From an uncultured Thermococci archaeon (GTDB lineage: Archaea > CAYQAE01 > CAYVLA01), in the NCBI GenBank assembly GCA_964549615.1, contig CAZJVP010000087.1, forward strand, positions 1 to 31,405: a DNA stretch of 31,405 nt, written 5' to 3'. The stretch's first letter is position 1. Each line of letters starts with the position of its first letter. The notes beneath the pieces were generated by a model that did no database searches, had not been told where the DNA came from, and saw only the letters and a list, made by a program, of their open reading frames with translations. A program made the translations under genes and the position numbers. Shown here one piece after another: positions 28,640-31,405 of this stretch.

Positions 28640-29337
28640 ACGGGCTTCCACGTAACGTCCTGGATGATCCGACCCTCAGGAATCGAACAGGGGTTTTTGC
28701 CGACCGATGCGAGGCCGGCATCATGCTGGCAAGGTTCTTGCGAAAGACCGTCGCACGCGAGCCCCTCCTGCTGGCGATTCCTTCTGGTGGCGTCCCGGTT
28801 GCCGTCGCAATGAAGAGGGAGCTGGGCGGAGCCCTCGGCCTGATGCCCGTCAGGAAACTGGCGATACCGTTCGAGCCGGAGGCCGGGTTCGGAGCTCTCT
28901 CCCTGGACGGCGAGACCGTATTGAATGAGGATCTCGTTGGCGCGATCGGACTCACGAACGAGCAGATAGACAGATCGATCTCGTTGGCACTTTCGATGCT
29001 GCGCAGAAGGATGAGGCTATTCGGTTCGGGCGGCGAACTTCCAGACATCCGCGGCAAATCGGTCATACTCGTCGACGACGGGCTCGCCTCCGGCTACACC
29101 ATGCTGGCAGCGGTTCGGTCGGCAAGGAAACGTCTGGCCGCGGAAGTCGGGGTCGCGGTTCCCACAGGTTCCCTTGCTGCAGTCGCGATGGTGGCACCCG
29201 AGGCATCGTGGGTTTGTTGCTTGAATGTGAGAGGCGGCCCCTCCTTCGCCGTCGCCGACGCATATCGGGAGTGGTATGACGTCCCTGATGCCGAGGCGGC
29301 CCTCTTCCTTCGGCAGGCTACCCGCAGGGGGCCGTAG
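28636..29337 (+). CDS. Type I phosphoribosyltransferase family protein
   Basis: FADR.EAG..LA, LAIPSGGVPVA, VRKL..P..PE...GA and PRPP-binding VILVDDGLASGYTM. Confidence 0.9.
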   Translation: MNGLPRNVLDDPTLRNRTGVFADRCEAGIMLARFLRKTVAREPLLLAIPSGGVPVAVAMKRELGGALGLMPVRKLAIPFEPEAGFGALSLDGETVLNEDLVGAIGLTNEQIDRSISLALSMLRRRMRLFGSGGELPDIRGKSVILVDDGLASGYTMLAAVRSARKRLAAEVGVAVPTGSLAAVAMVAPEASWVCCLNVRGGPSFAVADAYREWYDVPDAEAALFLRQATRRGP

Positions 29338-29464
29338 CGCGATTCCAGCCCAAAGCGGATGGATCTCCTCCTTGGGCCTTGTCAGCCCGGATTGGCGTCT
29401 GGATCGGCGGTCCCGAGACACAAGCATTTAAGAGATTTGCGACGCTTTCAGTGCCGGTGGGAAG

Positions 29465-29749
29465 TTGCTCATCGGAGGTCTCGGCGCAGGCGAGCTCCTG
29501 CTGATCGTGCTCATCATTTTGCTACTCTTCGGGGGGCGGAAGGTCCCGGAGCTCATGCGCTCCTTGGGAGAGGGAGTTAGGGAGTTCAGGAAGGCATCTA
29601 GGGGGATAACCGAGGAGGAGACTCCCCGCCCGAAGGAGAAGACCGAGAGCCAGAAGCTCAGGGAGGCAGCGGCCGCCTTGGGGATCGCGACGGAAGGCAA
29701 GACAGACGAACAGATCCGAAAGGAGATCTCCCTCAAGGTCGGCGGGTAG
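29465..29749 (+). CDS. tatA: Twin-arginine translocase TatA/TatE subunit
   Basis: GLGAGELLLIVLIILLLFGGRKVPELMRSLGEGVREFRKA; archaeal-type tail LGIATEGKTDEQIR; TATA TTTAAG at ~29427. Confidence 0.93.
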   Translation: MLIGGLGAGELLLIVLIILLLFGGRKVPELMRSLGEGVREFRKASRGITEEETPRPKEKTESQKLREAAAALGIATEGKTDEQIRKEISLKVGG

Positions 29750-29791
29750 ACCCTGTCACATTTAAATCGAAGCGGGTTTCCTGCGGCCTCG

Positions 29792-30022
29792 ATGGTCAGC
29801 GCATTCGTCATGATCGTCTCGACGCCGGGCGCCGAGAAGGAACTCGCCCAAGACCTCCGGCGGCTCTCTGAAGTCAAGGAGGTCTGGGAGGTCTACGGCG
29901 AATATGACCTGGTCGTCAGAGTTGAGACAAACTCCCTCCAGCTGTTGGACACCTTCGTCAGGGAACGCGTGAGGAGGATGCCGGCCGTGCGCCTCACCAC
30001 GACGATGATCAGCGTGGACTGA
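29792..30022 (+). CDS. Stand-alone Lrp/AsnC ligand-binding (RAM) domain protein
   Basis: AFVMI...PG.E, VWEVYGEYDLVVRV and V..TTTMI; TATA TTTAAAT at ~29761. Confidence 0.9.
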   Translation: MVSAFVMIVSTPGAEKELAQDLRRLSEVKEVWEVYGEYDLVVRVETNSLQLLDTFVRERVRRMPAVRLTTTMISVD

Positions 30023-30038
30023 GAACGAAGGGACTAGG

Positions 30039-30656
30039 TTGCAGTACCTTTTCGTATCCTGGGAGCGGCTGGAGGAACTGCTGGCCAGATTGGCATCCTC
30101 CATCAAGAAGCGGGGTTTCAAGCCCGACATCATCGTTGGCGTTTCGCGCGGCGGACTTGTGCCAACCAGGTTGATATCGGACTTCCTCAACATCAAGGAC
30201 GTTGTCGTGCTCGGCGTCGCGTTCTACGAAGATCTTGGCAAGACCTCGAACGAGCCGAGAATAACCCACCCCCTATCGCGAGACATACGGGGTAAGAAGG
30301 TGCTGCTGCTTGACGACGTATCGGATACCGGGGGGAGCTTGGAACTGGCCAAGGAGCATGTGCTCTCGTTCAAGCCCGCCGACCTTCTGGTCTGCACTCT
30401 CCACCGAAAGCCCTGGTCCACCTTCAGGCCGGACATCTATGTGGAGGAGACGGACAGGTGGATAATATATCCGTGGGAGAAGGTCGAGGCCGGCATCCAC
30501 ATACTGTCCCACCTGAAGGCCGGCCAAGATCGCGCGACGGCACTGTCGGACCTCGGCTTCTCCAAGGGTGACATTCGGCTCTTGGGGGACCTCGAGGTCC
30601 TCGATCTAGAGCCTGATCTTCTTGGACGCAACGACGATGACACCGAATGCCGCTAG
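30039..30656 (+). CDS. Purine (hypoxanthine/xanthine-guanine type) phosphoribosyltransferase
   Basis: SWERLE, PDIIVGVSRGGLVP, KVLLLDDVSDTGGSL and WIIYPWE. Confidence 0.88.
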   Translation: MQYLFVSWERLEELLARLASSIKKRGFKPDIIVGVSRGGLVPTRLISDFLNIKDVVVLGVAFYEDLGKTSNEPRITHPLSRDIRGKKVLLLDDVSDTGGSLELAKEHVLSFKPADLLVCTLHRKPWSTFRPDIYVEETDRWIIYPWEKVEAGIHILSHLKAGQDRATALSDLGFSKGDIRLLGDLEVLDLEPDLLGRNDDDTECR

Positions 30657-31223
30657 TCCCAACACGACCACCCAGAGCTGGATTCGCAGCAAGAACAGGC
30701 CCGATGCGAGAACAAGGCACCTCAGGACCTTTCCGATCAGTGTGCCCAGGAAGAACAATCCCATGTTGTAGCGCATGTAGCCCATCACGATTCCCAGCAG
30801 GTCCATGGGCAGCGGGGTGAAGGCGAAGACAGGTATTGCCCAGAACCCGTACCTGGACGTCCACTCCTGGGGGTCGGTGTGCCTCTTGATTCGACGGCCC
30901 ACAGCGAAGTACAGGGTGTGGGGGGGAATGCCTTTTCTCTTGCGCACCATCCACTTCTCCAGCGACAACACGTTCTTCGAGAGCCTACCCACTGCATAGG
31001 CGACCAGCTCTCCGATGGCAGACGCAACTCCCGCCGCGACTCCGACCTCGACCGGTTTGAGCCCAACCTCGACCGACCAAGGGATGTACATCACGTCCGC
31101 AACGGGAAAGAAGAAGAGCGAGGAGGCCGAAACTAGCGAGACGACGAACACGCCTGGGATCCCGGCGCTCCTGATGAGCGAGCTTGACCATTGCAGAATG
31201 TCGGCCACGAGACTCGGCCTCAC
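30606..31223 (-). CDS. DedA/VTT (SNARE-associated) family membrane protein
   Basis: G.ASAIGELVAY.VGR and FAFTPLPMDLLGI..G..RY...F..GT.IGK..R; BRE/TATA GAAAACGATATAAAC upstream; start could be GTG ~31208. Confidence 0.85.
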   Translation of the reverse strand: MRPSLVADILQWSSSLIRSAGIPGVFVVSLVSASSLFFFPVADVMYIPWSVEVGLKPVEVGVAAGVASAIGELVAYAVGRLSKNVLSLEKWMVRKRKGIPPHTLYFAVGRRIKRHTDPQEWTSRYGFWAIPVFAFTPLPMDLLGIVMGYMRYNMGLFFLGTLIGKVLRCLVLASGLFLLRIQLWVVVLGLAAFGVIVVASKKIRL

Positions 31224-31281
31224 AGCTTAGGGCGGGTTTATATCGTTTTCCCAGAATCGAGGAGCGTGTGTTATCCCATAA

Positions 31282-31405
31282 TTATTTCCTCTTTTCTGGG
31301 CGTGCTTTTTGTGGGTCATCTAGGTCACTTCGCGGCAGGTTCCAGTTCCCGGTAAAGTAGATGGCTGGCCCTCCCGAGAACCCTCTCAGCTCCCAGCCTG
31401 CGCCA
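31282..31405 (-). CDS. 3' end of a gene entering from the right edge
   Basis: Open frame ...GWELRGFSGGPAIYFTGNWNLPRSDLDDPQKARPEKRK-TAA. Confidence 0.35.
   Translation of the reverse strand, partial: GAGWELRGFSGGPAIYFTGNWNLPRSDLDDPQKARPEKRK

Noticed and set aside
1-31405. CRISPR array or tandem DNA repeat arrays
   Set aside because: No regularly spaced direct repeats seen; the WD40 repeats are diverged at the DNA level

Overview
GC-rich window, most likely archaeal: TATA/BRE-like boxes lie about 25-45 nt upstream of many starts, the tRNA-Arg(CCG) has no encoded CCA, and there is a stand-alone Lrp/AsnC domain and an archaeal-type TatA. The lineage cannot be fixed from the sequence alone. The left two-thirds is an accessory carbohydrate/anaerobic-metabolism region. 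It holds a large secreted TIM-barrel-like/WD40 protein, a GH36 pseudogene, GH2, a Zn-dependent dehydrogenase, a 4-OT tautomerase, GH29, an unclassified GH-like protein and a glycyl radical enzyme (GRE) with its activase. The GRE has non-canonical active-site motifs (PSTCTE, RIGGY). An uncharacterised membrane-anchored GATase-like family occurs three times; twice it sits in a convergent two-gene cassette, once intact and once as an adjacent, internally deleted copy. A small variable segment next to the tRNA carries an HNH nuclease, an orphan membrane protein and a decayed gene. The right end is housekeeping-like: DUF4838, isochorismatase, ferredoxin, URO-D family, two PRTases, TatA, Lrp and DedA/VTT. 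No CRISPR array or intact mobile element was seen. All family calls come from motif recognition by eye, not from database searches.
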